64,000 nucleotides of DNA from Candidatus Flemingiibacterium sp. (GTDB taxonomy: Bacteria > Bacillota > Clostridia > Oscillospirales > CAG-272), in NCBI GenBank assembly GCA_045578725.1, contig JAZNKS010000052.1, positions 8,640 to 72,639 of the forward strand. Direction: 5' to 3'. The notes beneath the pieces were generated by a model. It worked only from the letters and a program-made list of their open reading frames with translations. It was not told the origin of the DNA and ran no database searches. Shown here piece by piece: positions 9,204-19,143 of the stretch. Position 1 is the stretch's first letter, and each line of letters opens with the position of its first letter. Both the position numbers and the translations under genes were made by a program.

Positions 9204-10844
9204 ATGAATTCAACCGCAATGAAAACCGTTCTGAAGGTTGCCGCCTGCGTAATTGCGCTGTTTATTCCATCTTATATAGCGATTGCCAGCTTTGTCATGG
9301 CACAGAATGCGCCGGTCAGCGAAAAAAGCGTATCCCGGCTTGAAATTACCGATGTGGCGGGCAGCTATTATTCTCTGGATGCCGCAAAGGAAGAGGATGC
9401 CGCTGTGATTGCCGATTTCGTTGCGATCAACGATCGGGCCAAGAAGCAGTCCTCGCTTCCCGAGCCGCTGGTCGGAACCGATTATTTTGAGTTCAAGTAT
9501 CACAATTACGGCCGGATTTCGACCTACCGGTACTATTTTTCGACCAATCCCAACGAAGCGTATTTTGTCGATCATAACGGCGATGCCTATCAGATTGCCG
9601 AGGCGGATGCCGCTTCGTTCCTGTCCACAACCTGGGCGCGCTGTCTTTACAATACAACCAGCTTCCCGACGATGACCATTTCCGGCGAAACGGTGGTCCC
9701 CGCCGAAGCCGAATGGGCGTATCAGACCTACGGCGGTGAGTATGTTCCGCTTGAGGATATCCCGTCCGGCGGTGCAACCGAAAAGGTTTACCCGATGAAG
9801 GGCGCATTTGCCATGAGCTTTGACGATCAGCCGGATTTCCTGACGCTGACCATCAGCGATAACGGAACGATCATCTACAGCGATGTGTACGAAAACATTG
9901 CCAATGCCCAGCTGGAGGGCAAGACCATTGAGGTTGTTGCCGAAGCCAGCTGGTACGAATCGGAGGAGCAGACCTGCTACGGCACAGCGACCTACCGCTT
10001 CAAGGCCAAGATCCTGCTTCCCGCCGTCTTCTATCTCGGCGAAACGACGATTGATCCCGGCGAATTCGTGGTCATCTCGGCCAAGAATGTTGACGATCCC
10101 TCGGCGATCACCTTCACAAGCGATCCCGATATCGGCTACACACCCACTTTCTTTGCGGACGGGGATTATGTCCGTGCGCTGGTTCCGATCCGGTACGATT
10201 TCACCGGCACGGGCGTGAAGTTCACCTGCTCGTACGGCGAAGTAACCCAGGAAATGAATCTGGATATCGCACCCAAGACCTTCAAGAGCGTGGGCCTTGA
10301 TATCCGCTATGATATTGTCAGCCAGACCCGTACCGAAGCGACGCTGGCGGCCTTTGCCGAGGCGGCCCGCACGATCACGGCAACCGCCGAGCCGACCCGG
10401 ATGTGGGAAGGCGCCTTCCTGGAAGGCATGAAAGGCGGCACGCTCAACTGCGGCTTCGGTGTCTACCGCACGATCCGGGCGACCGGTGAAACCTATCGTC
10501 ATGAGGGTGTGGATTATGTCTTTGGCAAGGGCGGTTCGGATGTCTTCGCAGTCAATCACGGCAAGGTTGCTTATGTGGGTTATCTGGATCTGACCGGTTA
10601 CCTGATTGTCATCGATCACGGCCTCGGACTCAAGAGCTGGTATGCCCATCTGGGCTCGACGATGGTCAATGTCGGCGACACGGTGGAAAAGGGACAGGTC
10701 ATCGGCCTTGTCGGCTCCACCGGATTCACCAAGCAGCCGGCTCTCCACATGGGAATGTCGGTATACGATGTTCCGATCTGCCCGTACGATCTCTGGGAGG
10801 ATGAAAAGGTTCCCGGATCCGGCGGCGTGATCATGACGGAATGA
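9204..10844 (+). CDS. Membrane-anchored M23 (LytM-type) metallopeptidase-domain protein
   Basis: 546 aa with an N-terminal TM helix. C-terminal LytM domain: HEGVDYVF (HxxxD), SWYAHLGS, and ...TGFTKQPALHMGMSV in place of the usual PHLHFEV. Confidence 0.85.
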   Translation: MNSTAMKTVLKVAACVIALFIPSYIAIASFVMAQNAPVSEKSVSRLEITDVAGSYYSLDAAKEEDAAVIADFVAINDRAKKQSSLPEPLVGTDYFEFKYHNYGRISTYRYYFSTNPNEAYFVDHNGDAYQIAEADAASFLSTTWARCLYNTTSFPTMTISGETVVPAEAEWAYQTYGGEYVPLEDIPSGGATEKVYPMKGAFAMSFDDQPDFLTLTISDNGTIIYSDVYENIANAQLEGKTIEVVAEASWYESEEQTCYGTATYRFKAKILLPAVFYLGETTIDPGEFVVISAKNVDDPSAITFTSDPDIGYTPTFFADGDYVRALVPIRYDFTGTGVKFTCSYGEVTQEMNLDIAPKTFKSVGLDIRYDIVSQTRTEATLAAFAEAARTITATAEPTRMWEGAFLEGMKGGTLNCGFGVYRTIRATGETYRHEGVDYVFGKGGSDVFAVNHGKVAYVGYLDLTGYLIVIDHGLGLKSWYAHLGSTMVNVGDTVEKGQVIGLVGSTGFTKQPALHMGMSVYDVPICPYDLWEDEKVPGSGGVIMTE

Positions 10845-11242
10845 GGAAAATCAGACACCTGCTTTTCCTGCCGATCCTGCTTTGTATCCTCACAATGGTG
10901 TCCTGCAGCAGCGGGGAAAATCAGCCATCTGCCGAAACCGGCTTTCCGAACGGACAGGTTCAGCGGGAAATGCTGTACTACAGGGGGCAGGTTTGGGGTC
11001 TGGATTTCTATGGCACGGAAAAGCCGACCTCTCTGCCGGACGGATTTACGCTTGTCGGCGTGACCTGCGGTGAGAATCCGGAAGCGGTTCCCGCCAAGGA
11101 GCTTCACACCGCGCACATCCCCGAAAATGTGGAGGTCTATGCCAGCACCGATGATACCGCCTGCATTTATCTGAAGGATTACTGGGGCGAGGGGACATTC
11201 GGAAGGTTTGTTGTGATTGATGTTTCGTCGTACACCGAATGA
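10841..11242 (+). CDS. Small lipoprotein of unknown function
   Basis: 133 aa. MRKIRHLLFLPILLCILTMVSCSSGE carries a lipobox. The start overlaps the M23 stop (ATGA), which suggests translational coupling. Confidence 0.7.
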   Translation: MRKIRHLLFLPILLCILTMVSCSSGENQPSAETGFPNGQVQREMLYYRGQVWGLDFYGTEKPTSLPDGFTLVGVTCGENPEAVPAKELHTAHIPENVEVYASTDDTACIYLKDYWGEGTFGRFVVIDVSSYTE

Positions 11243-11307
11243 ACCAAATAATAACAGCGGCCGCTCGCCATTCCACCGGCGAGCGGCTGAATTTATAGGA
11301 GGAACCC

Positions 11308-11787
11308 ATGCTTCGCATTCTATTCGTCTGCCACGGCAATATCTGCCGCAGCCCGATGGCGGAATTTATCATGAAGGATCTTGTAAAGAAAAAAGGGCTG
11401 GCCGGGCAGTTTGCGATTGCATCCTGCGCGACCAGCACGGAAGAAATATGGAACGGTATCGGCAATCCGGTCTATCCGCCCGCCCGCGAGGAGCTGGCTG
11501 CGCACGGCCTCGGATGTGAGGGCAAGCGGGCCGTCCAGCTGAGCCGGAGCGATTACGGGGCGTGGGATCTGCTTGTCGGGATGGACAGCGCGAATATCCG
11601 CAATATGCACCGGATGCTCGGCGGCGATCCCGAGGGGAAGATTCACAAGCTGATGGATTACACCGGGCGCGGCGGCGATGTCAGCGATCCGTGGTACAGC
11701 GGCCGATTCGATGTCGCGTACCGGGATATTTTCGAGGGCTGCACGGCGCTGCTGGAAACGCTTCTTCGGGACGGAACGGTCGGTTAA
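11308..11787 (+). CDS. Low-molecular-weight protein-tyrosine phosphatase
   Basis: 159 aa. N-terminal P-loop ILFVCHGNICRSPMAEF (CX5R-S) and the DPWY aspartate loop. Confidence 0.92.
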   Translation: MLRILFVCHGNICRSPMAEFIMKDLVKKKGLAGQFAIASCATSTEEIWNGIGNPVYPPAREELAAHGLGCEGKRAVQLSRSDYGAWDLLVGMDSANIRNMHRMLGGDPEGKIHKLMDYTGRGGDVSDPWYSGRFDVAYRDIFEGCTALLETLLRDGTVG

Positions 11788-12572
11788 TTCCGGGCAAGAC
11801 CGAATTTCTGCTCCGGAGTCAGCCGCTCTTTCGTGGTGATGACGGGGCTGACGGCGGTGGGCGTGATGGCATCCCACACATCCCTCGGCTTCAGATACCC
11901 AAGGGCCGCCGCTTGAAAGGCTTCCCGGAAGGCATCGGTGTCTGCTGCCGGGAGGGATCCTGACGGAAAGAGGACAAAGTACGCGATATCCTGCCTTGCC
12001 GGATCGAAGCCGCAGAACACGCGCCCGCCGGATCCGGCGAGTGGAGGCAGGCGGTTCAGAACCGTCAGGGAATCGGACAGAAGGTTCCACCGCGCCAGCG
12101 AATCGATGGCCTCGATTTTAACGGTATGACGATGTTCGCAGGGAGGCTCTTCCGGAATCACTTGGCTGAAATCCCATTGTCCGCGCGGCGTATGATTCCA
12201 GCCGTAGAGGCGCATTTCCTCGGGTGTGTACAGCCGGGGATAGGAAATTGCCTGTCCCAAGCGTTCGGCAAGCGCATGAAAAACGGAATAGATCTTTTCA
12301 TAAAAATCCTCTCCCATGGCGGGGGAGGATTTTTGCTTATGAATATACACGCTCAGGATTTCCTCCCGAACAAAAACGGCGGGGATTGTATCACGCCGGA
12401 GCGGTTCGGGGCGTGGCTCTGGCAGGACAAGCTGTGTAGAGGCCTGCAGATAACAGGCTCTGGCACCAAGCCCGAGCGAGCTTTCAAGTTCGGTAAGAAA
12501 GTCCTTGGCGAGGGGCGTGTGATCGGCACGCCCGGTTCGCAGAACCTCCTCAATCGGAGTGCGTGTCAGCAT
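11784..12572 (-). CDS. Hypothetical protein
   Basis: 262-aa ORF with ordinary-looking amino-acid composition. Convergent with the LMW-PTP gene (4-nt overlap). No motif recognised. Confidence 0.55.
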   Translation of the reverse strand: MLTRTPIEEVLRTGRADHTPLAKDFLTELESSLGLGARACYLQASTQLVLPEPRPEPLRRDTIPAVFVREEILSVYIHKQKSSPAMGEDFYEKIYSVFHALAERLGQAISYPRLYTPEEMRLYGWNHTPRGQWDFSQVIPEEPPCEHRHTVKIEAIDSLARWNLLSDSLTVLNRLPPLAGSGGRVFCGFDPARQDIAYFVLFPSGSLPAADTDAFREAFQAAALGYLKPRDVWDAITPTAVSPVITTKERLTPEQKFGLARN

Positions 12573-12581
12573 CAGAAACCC

Positions 12582-13649
12582 TTAAAAGCGGACAGCGGTA
12601 CCGGTTTTGCTGGATTCAAAGGCGGCCTCGATAACACGGAGAACGCGCAGAACCTCGGCGGGCTTGACAATCAGCTCCTCGGTGCCGTCGAGCACGCCGG
12701 CGATGTTTTTGTATACGCTGGACCAGCTGCCACTCGGCATCACGGACGGTGCCTCCAGCTCCTCAAACTCGCGGACCTTGTGGAGCTCCTGATGACGGTA
12801 AATCACCTTGTTGTCGATGAAGGCGGGCGATTCGAACGGTTCGGTATAGTCTTCCTTGATGCGGCGGACATGAGCGGTCGGATCATTCATGGTCTGCATC
12901 GTCATTGCACCCTTATCGCCGAGCACATACCAGCGGGGCAGAACCTGGGGCGAATAGGTTGTGACCTCCATCTGTGCGACGAGGCCGCTCTCGAAGGTGA
13001 TGATGACCTTGCTGTAGTCATCCACTTCCTCGGACCAGAGGCGGATGACATTGGCGGAAACGGTCTTGATCGGCTCCTTGATGAGCCAGAGAAGCTGGTC
13101 GAGCATATGGACGCCCCAGTCAAGGAGCATTCCGCCGCCGTGATCCTCCATGCCGCGCCAGCCGTACATCATGCCGTTTCCGTTGGCGGAATGAATGCGC
13201 GATTCGATCAGGAACGGCTTGCCGACCGCATCCTCGGCGATGGCCTGCTTGATCTTCATGAAGTCGGGGTCAAAGCGGCGATTCTGATGGACGGTGAAAA
13301 GCTTGCCGGCCTTCTCGGCGGTGTCAATCATTTTCTGAAGCTCGGCGCTCGACATGGCGGCGGGCTTTTCGACCATGACATTATAGCCGGCCTCCAGTGC
13401 GCGGCAGGCCATCTCGCAGTGATAGTTGTTGGCGGTTGCGACCAGAACCAGATCGAATTCGTGCGAGGCGAGGAATTCATCCAGATTATCATAGGCCTTC
13501 AGACCGTTTTTGACGGCATTTTCAAGCCGTACGGGGTCAATATCATATGCGGCGACGGCTTCAAAGGGAACGTCCTCTGCCGCGATGGAGCGGAGGTGAT
13601 GGCCCATGGCCATACCGCCGAAGCCGATGATTCCGAGTTTGTGTGTCAT
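12582..13649 (-). CDS. Gfo/Idh/MocA-family NAD(P)-dependent oxidoreductase
   Basis: I prefer the ATG at 13649, which follows GAAAGGA. The product starts MTHKLGIIGFGGMAMGHH (Rossmann) and has a family-typical central EKP motif (VMVEKPAAMS). Confidence 0.88.
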   Translation of the reverse strand: MTHKLGIIGFGGMAMGHHLRSIAAEDVPFEAVAAYDIDPVRLENAVKNGLKAYDNLDEFLASHEFDLVLVATANNYHCEMACRALEAGYNVMVEKPAAMSSAELQKMIDTAEKAGKLFTVHQNRRFDPDFMKIKQAIAEDAVGKPFLIESRIHSANGNGMMYGWRGMEDHGGGMLLDWGVHMLDQLLWLIKEPIKTVSANVIRLWSEEVDDYSKVIITFESGLVAQMEVTTYSPQVLPRWYVLGDKGAMTMQTMNDPTAHVRRIKEDYTEPFESPAFIDNKVIYRHQELHKVREFEELEAPSVMPSGSWSSVYKNIAGVLDGTEELIVKPAEVLRVLRVIEAAFESSKTGTAVRF

Positions 13650-13807
13650 AATACGATCATCCTTTCTTTTTGCGCATCGGTGCGCTGTTATTGCTATTAT
13701 AGCATCCGCAGGCGTGCTTGTCAAGACAGCTGTAAAAATATATTCCCAAACCGGTTGACAAATCGGAAAAAGTATGATACAATATCGGAGTGAAAACGTT
13801 TTCTTAA

Positions 13808-14701
13808 ATGAAAGGACAACTCATGAATTATCTTCTTCTTGCCATTTCCATCGGCGCCTGCGTTCTGCAGAACGCCCTTTTGAACCGCGAAAGCAAGCAC
13901 GGAATGAAAACGCAGAAAAGCGTATATTTCTTCAATATGCTTCTCTTTGCCTTCGGATTCCTGCTTTTTCTTCTGACGGCGATCGGTCAGCCGATCTCCC
14001 TCTATACGCTCGGCTTCGGCGTATTCTTCGGTGCGGTTACCATCGTGCAGAACATCTGCAATCTGATGGCGCTGGCCCGCGGCCCGATGCACATCACCTT
14101 GCTTCTGACCACCTCCTCGCTTGTCATTCCGTCCCTGTCCGGCATCTTCATTGACGGCGACAAGCCGAGCCCGCTGAAAATCACGGTTATCGCCGTGCTG
14201 ATCGTTTTCATCTATCTGTCGATCGACCGGCGCGGCAATACCGATTTCAAGCCGCATTGGTTCCCCTGCGCGCTGACGGCCTTCCTGTGTCAGGCTGCGG
14301 TCGGCATCATGCAGAAAATCCATCAGGCCTCGGCACACCATGCGGAAACCTCGGGTTTTCTGGCCGCGGCCTTCTTCTGTTCCTTCCTCTTTGCCGCGGT
14401 GATGACCCTTCTCGCCAGCCGGAACGAAAAGGCAGCCGGGATCAAGGGCGAAGCCTTTCCGAAAGGGCGGATGCTGATCGCGCTGATCTGTGGTCTGACA
14501 ACCTATCTGATGAACGATCTCAATCTCAAGCTGTCGGGCCTGATTCCGAGCCAGATCTTCTTCCCGCTGGTCAATGGAGCCTCCCTGCTTCTGAATACGC
14601 TGACGGCTGTACTTCTTTTCCGCGAAAAGCTGACCGTGCGCCAGCGTATCGGCCTGGCCGGCGGCATTGCCGCGCTGATTCTGCTTTGCATCCTGCCTTG
14701 A
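13808..14701 (+). CDS. DMT/EamA-like permease (about 10 TM helices)
   Basis: 297 aa, hydrophobic throughout. Sits between the oxidoreductase and the LacI regulator. The alternative start MNYLLL at 13823 is possible. Confidence 0.6.
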   Translation: MKGQLMNYLLLAISIGACVLQNALLNRESKHGMKTQKSVYFFNMLLFAFGFLLFLLTAIGQPISLYTLGFGVFFGAVTIVQNICNLMALARGPMHITLLLTTSSLVIPSLSGIFIDGDKPSPLKITVIAVLIVFIYLSIDRRGNTDFKPHWFPCALTAFLCQAAVGIMQKIHQASAHHAETSGFLAAAFFCSFLFAAVMTLLASRNEKAAGIKGEAFPKGRMLIALICGLTTYLMNDLNLKLSGLIPSQIFFPLVNGASLLLNTLTAVLLFREKLTVRQRIGLAGGIAALILLCILP

Positions 14702-14759
14702 CAAGCGGATGCATCTGTGGTATAATGAGGGAAATCAACCTTAGAAAGCAGGGATTTCC

Positions 14760-15788
14760 ATGCCCAGAGTAACGATAACCGAGGTTGCCCGCGCGGCCGG
14801 CGTTTCAGTTGCCACTGCCAGCAAGGCGCTCAATCACACCGGAAGCATCAGCGCGGATACCATCAGCCGCATTACCCAGGCGGCCGATCGGCTGGGATAC
14901 CGTCCGAACCGGGCCGCACAGCTGCTGGCCGGAAAGAATAAGAAGATCGGCATCCTCATTCCCGAATTCCCGGAGGAGGTTGTATCCCTCTACCGGCGCG
15001 GGCTGGAAGAAGCAATGGCTTCCTATGAGGAGTACGGCTTTCAGCACAAGCTTGTCAGCTATAAGCACGATTATGACCGCAAGAGCTTTCCGCAGGCGCT
15101 GGAGCAGCTTTGCGGCGAATGCAATGGTCTGATATTTATGAGCGGCTATCGGGAATCCATGTATCACCGCGAGCTGGAACAGGTGGATATTCCGAAAATC
15201 TCTCTTCACAGCATGGTGGATCCCTCGCTCTGTCCCACGGTGTCCATCGATGCCGTCGGTGTCGGCCGGATGGCGGCGGATTTTCTCAGCCTGTGTATGC
15301 GGGGAAAGAAGGCGGCCGTGATTGCAGGCGCTCATGCCGGTGTCCACCGTTACAATATTGAAGGCTTCCGATCGGCGGCCGCAGAGCGAGGCCTTGAAAT
15401 TCTGGCGATCGAAGAATGCTACGATTCGCTGGAGCGGGCATACACCGTCACCGAGCAGATCCTTTCACAGGGCGAACCGGATGGGATCTTTGTTTCCACC
15501 TATGCGGCGCCTGCGGTTTGCGACTGCCTGAAGGCGCACGGAAAGGCGGGGCAGATCCGCGTCATCGGCGTGGATATCTACCGCGAATCGGCGGCTTGTC
15601 TTACGGACGGATCGCTGACGGCCTGCATCTGCCAGAATCAGCCTCTGCAGGCGAAGCTGGCGGTGGAAATGCTGATCTCGGTTCTGCGCGGCGAACGCAG
15701 GCCGACGGAGAGCCGGTTTGTCAAGCCGGAACTGGTCCTTCGAAGCAATCTGCGGCATTATACAACCGATATTATTCAGGATGAATAA
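14760..15788 (+). CDS. LacI-family transcriptional regulator
   Basis: 342 aa. N-terminal HTH VTITEVARAAGVSVATASKALNHTGSISADTISRITQAADRLGYRPNRAAQLL, followed by a periplasmic-binding-protein-like domain. Confidence 0.92.
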   Translation: MPRVTITEVARAAGVSVATASKALNHTGSISADTISRITQAADRLGYRPNRAAQLLAGKNKKIGILIPEFPEEVVSLYRRGLEEAMASYEEYGFQHKLVSYKHDYDRKSFPQALEQLCGECNGLIFMSGYRESMYHRELEQVDIPKISLHSMVDPSLCPTVSIDAVGVGRMAADFLSLCMRGKKAAVIAGAHAGVHRYNIEGFRSAAAERGLEILAIEECYDSLERAYTVTEQILSQGEPDGIFVSTYAAPAVCDCLKAHGKAGQIRVIGVDIYRESAACLTDGSLTACICQNQPLQAKLAVEMLISVLRGERRPTESRFVKPELVLRSNLRHYTTDIIQDE

Positions 15789-15791
15789 AGG

Positions 15792-15819
15792 AAATCCCGG
15801 ATCGTTCGATCCGGGATTT
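15792..15819. terminator. Bidirectional terminator hairpin between convergent genes
   Basis: AAATCCCGGATC (15792-15803) pairs with GATCCGGGATTT (15808-15819). A/T runs lie on both sides. Confidence 0.75.
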
Positions 15820-15822
15820 TCT

Positions 15823-17073
15823 CTATGCCTTAATATAAGAATCCTGCCGCAGCTCCAGAAAGTCATCCAGAAGATCGGCGAGGGCGGCGCTGTGATAATC
15901 GGGCGCGGCTGTGAAGCGGATGCCATCGCCGAGCTCCATCCGATGGCCGCCGGCATCGTCAAAGGAGATGCCAAGGCCGCGCAGACTCTGCACACGGTGG
16001 AATTGCCCGAGGGCCTCCCCCCATCCAAGCCCCGGCTGTTCGCTTTGGATGCGGCGGACGGCGGCGCGGATTTCCAGTGCCTTTTCCAGCGTCATCGTGT
16101 CGCAGATGCCGGAGGCGATCCGGGTGATCTTTTCGGTGTCGGTATACCGGAAGGCGGGGAGCGTGTTCTCGCCGCATCCGGAGCCAAGAGTGCGCTCTAA
16201 AATCGCGCGCTGTCCCTCGTTCAGCCGGGCATCGGTGTGAAATTCCGCACGGTCGAAGGCGGACATGGCGTGCTTGTTGTAGAGAATGCCGATAACGCTC
16301 CGGATATGCGCGGCTGTCTGCGGATCCAGATCCAGCGTACCGTCAGCCAGAAGGGTATCGCACATCGAGCGGGAGGTGCAGGCGCGAAGCTTTTCCAGCA
16401 CCTCGCTCCGGTGACGGGTGGCCATCAGCGAAAGCAGAATCATGGTGTCGCTGTTGTCGGGGAGGGAAGCGGCGAGATAATCCCCGAAGGAGGGGCGGGT
16501 GGTTTCGCAGTAATGGTAAAGACGGGTATCAAGCTGGCGCTCCGTGCAGATCAGATGGCTCATGAAATCCATGAAGTATTCCATCTCACGGCCGATCGGG
16601 GAATTGTCGCAGGCCGGTTTATCCAGTGTCCGCTCTTCAAACAGGCCGAGAAGATAGGTCTTGATCCGATCGAAGCAGTCCGTCACCAGCGAATCCTTCT
16701 CGGTGTTGATCCAATAGGTCAGCTCCGGCATGGAGGAATAAATGAAGCTGCGGCTGAAAACAAAGCGCTCCAGGTATTCCTTCAGCGAGCGGATGCCGCG
16801 TGTGCCGCGCTCGGAATACATGGCGATCCGGATGTGGCCGCTCTCCAACAGGGAAAAAAGCAGGCTGCGGTGCCCGGCGGCGGGGAGATTGGCATCCGGC
16901 AGAACCGCGAAAAAGCCGTCGATCAGCTGGGGACAGGTGAGTGCCAGCGGCTCCTCATGAAAGATCAGGCTCTCATACAGCGCGGCCGAGGCGTGCCAGT
17001 AATGGGCGGGAACGGAGCTGTTATGCCCGCGCCCGGGATTGAATTTTATCGAATCAAAGACATCCGTTACCAT
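15823..17073 (-). CDS. Hypothetical protein (416 aa), third gene of the NUDIX operon
   Basis: I prefer the ATG at 17073, which follows AAAGGAG (MVTDVFDSIKFNPGRGHNSS...). The listed ORF start at 17547 adds a Pro/Arg/Ser-rich low-complexity extension that overlaps the NUDIX gene in another frame. Confidence 0.65.
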   Translation of the reverse strand: MVTDVFDSIKFNPGRGHNSSVPAHYWHASAALYESLIFHEEPLALTCPQLIDGFFAVLPDANLPAAGHRSLLFSLLESGHIRIAMYSERGTRGIRSLKEYLERFVFSRSFIYSSMPELTYWINTEKDSLVTDCFDRIKTYLLGLFEERTLDKPACDNSPIGREMEYFMDFMSHLICTERQLDTRLYHYCETTRPSFGDYLAASLPDNSDTMILLSLMATRHRSEVLEKLRACTSRSMCDTLLADGTLDLDPQTAAHIRSVIGILYNKHAMSAFDRAEFHTDARLNEGQRAILERTLGSGCGENTLPAFRYTDTEKITRIASGICDTMTLEKALEIRAAVRRIQSEQPGLGWGEALGQFHRVQSLRGLGISFDDAGGHRMELGDGIRFTAAPDYHSAALADLLDDFLELRQDSYIKA

Positions 17074-17728
17074 GGAAAGCTCCTTTTTGCCGGCAGGCGA
17101 TCTGATATTGATAGAGGGCACTCTGGGTGAAGCCGTCGATGATTTCACCGTGCAGGATGGCAGATTCGGCTTCCTCTGTCGTGAAAAGGCGGAATCCGAG
17201 GATTCCCTCCTCCTCCTGCGGTCTGCCGATCGCGTTAATATGGGCGATGGCGATATCGACGATGCCGCCGCTCTGCCCGCTGTCGGCGATGGTGCGGCCG
17301 AGAAACTCCACCGAATCGGTTTCGGCACCGATTTCTTCGGCCATCTCGCGGCGGATCTGCTCCTCGGGTGCGGTATCCGGATCCAGAAAGCCGCGGGGCA
17401 GCTCCCAAAGGAAGGCTTCACTCCGCACGGCATGGCGAACATGGCGGAGGAGGATGATTTTTTCCTCGTAAATCGGCAGGCAGACCACTCCGGCCCGCTT
17501 CTGGCGTGGCAGGATGCGGGAGTAGGTATACCTCCCCCCGCCGTCATCGATCAGATCAGCAACGAGATCGATCCACCTGCTGCGGAAGACAACGCCGAGC
17601 GGGGTATCCTCCGAGTCGTATTCTTCGAGAATGGCCGGATCGGTGATGATATGGAATTTTTCGAGGGGGGCGAATTCTTCGGGGCGCTCCTTCATCAGCG
17701 CCAGATACTTCCGTATGCGTGGTTTCAT
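17054..17728 (-). CDS. NUDIX hydrolase (ADP-ribose pyrophosphatase-like)
   Basis: 224 aa. Nudix box GFLDPDTAPEEQIRREMAEEIGA has correct G-to-RE spacing and an REx2EExGU core, with T in place of the first E. Confidence 0.88.
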   Translation of the reverse strand: MKPRIRKYLALMKERPEEFAPLEKFHIITDPAILEEYDSEDTPLGVVFRSRWIDLVADLIDDGGGRYTYSRILPRQKRAGVVCLPIYEEKIILLRHVRHAVRSEAFLWELPRGFLDPDTAPEEQIRREMAEEIGAETDSVEFLGRTIADSGQSGGIVDIAIAHINAIGRPQEEEGILGFRLFTTEEAESAILHGEIIDGFTQSALYQYQIACRQKGAFHGNGCL

Positions 17729-19113
17729 TTGCAGTATTCCTTTCTGAAGCGTGTCAGATAGTCACCGATGGCTTTGTCTGCGCGGATGGGATTGTCTGCC
17801 TGCCACTTTTCCAGCCGATCGGCAAGGTTCAGCACACAGGCGCGGGGGAGCGGGATTCCCGAGCGGGCGGCTTCCAGAAGCCGGAGCGCGATGCCCGGAA
17901 GATAATGGGGAGAATCGGAGAATGCAAGCTTTGAAAGAATGTGGAACAAGGGGGCATAATCCTGCGGATACGAGGTTTTCACGGCCTTTGAAAGCAGGAC
18001 ATTCAGCAGCCCGGCGGTCACTTCGGTGCAGACGGGGACGGTCCAGCCGAGATAATCGAAGATCATACCCCAGCTGAAATCCAGCTTCCAGCCGTCCTGC
18101 GTACCGATAAAGATGCGGGCGCGCTCCAGAGCGGCGACGGAGCGAAGGGCATCCTCGCCGAGCATGGCAATCAAATGGCGGGGGAACTCCCGGCCGGGAA
18201 GCAGAGCGATCTGCGTAATCCGGGCGCGGATTGCGGAATCGCTTCGGATGTCATCGAGAATTGCCAGAATCTCCCGGTCCTCCTCGCCTGCGGGAACGGT
18301 GCCGTCATAGATCCCGAATTCGGTCGGATAGCGTCCGCATTGGAAAAGCTCGGGAAAGGGGGCACGGACTGTATAGGCCCGCTCGGTTTCTTCGAAAAAA
18401 ACAGCAGGCAGATAATGCAGATGCTCACCGACCAGCCGGCCGATCCGGGGAATCGACATCGCTTCCAGGACCATTTGATGGTAGATGGCGGGAGATAGGA
18501 TTGGGAGTGTGACATCACGCGGTCCCGGCAGGGGGTCGGCGGTGGATTCATAGGAGCCGAGGCGGCGGAGGATGCTTTCATGCTCGTCGGGATCGTTTAG
18601 CGGCGTATCGACAGAGGCCATAATCAGCAGATAGGCATACCGCAGGCAGAGGGTCGGGGGATTCGCCGGCGGAAGGGCAACCGCGGAGGGAAGCGGCGGG
18701 ATATATTGAAGACAGAGATGGTAGAGCTCATTTGCCAGCCGCTCGGCATTGGTACCGGTGATCCCAGCACGATGGAGCAGAAGGGCATCCAGATTTTCGA
18801 TCAGCTGCAGGCGTGAGGAGGGATAGGTGAGTGTATCGCCGGCAGGATCCTTCAGATCGCTGGAATCCGGAAGATCATCGATATCATTTCTGAGCGCATC
18901 CCGCCAGCTTTTGGATTTGATTTCCGGGAGAAAGTCGGCACGGTCAAAGCGGCGGATGTTGGGGCTTCGGTCATTGTCAATATAGATGGAACGGACAACT
19001 ACCGATTTCGACCCCTGATAGGCGAAAGTACCTTTGAGCAGATAACGAATGTAATTGGTGTCATCGATTTCATAATAATGGCCGATGGCATCACGAAGAC
19101 TCTGAAAGGGCAT
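17725..19113 (-). CDS. Hypothetical protein (462 aa), first gene of the NUDIX operon
   Basis: I prefer the ATG at 19113, which follows CCAAGGAGG (MPFQSLRDAIGHYYEIDDTNYIRYLL...). The listed extension to 19755 is antisense to the neighbouring gene and reads as junk. No motif recognised. Confidence 0.65.
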   Translation of the reverse strand: MPFQSLRDAIGHYYEIDDTNYIRYLLKGTFAYQGSKSVVVRSIYIDNDRSPNIRRFDRADFLPEIKSKSWRDALRNDIDDLPDSSDLKDPAGDTLTYPSSRLQLIENLDALLLHRAGITGTNAERLANELYHLCLQYIPPLPSAVALPPANPPTLCLRYAYLLIMASVDTPLNDPDEHESILRRLGSYESTADPLPGPRDVTLPILSPAIYHQMVLEAMSIPRIGRLVGEHLHYLPAVFFEETERAYTVRAPFPELFQCGRYPTEFGIYDGTVPAGEEDREILAILDDIRSDSAIRARITQIALLPGREFPRHLIAMLGEDALRSVAALERARIFIGTQDGWKLDFSWGMIFDYLGWTVPVCTEVTAGLLNVLLSKAVKTSYPQDYAPLFHILSKLAFSDSPHYLPGIALRLLEAARSGIPLPRACVLNLADRLEKWQADNPIRADKAIGDYLTRFRKEYCK

Positions 19114-19143
19114 GATGCGCCTCCTTGGTTGGTTTCTGGAAAT

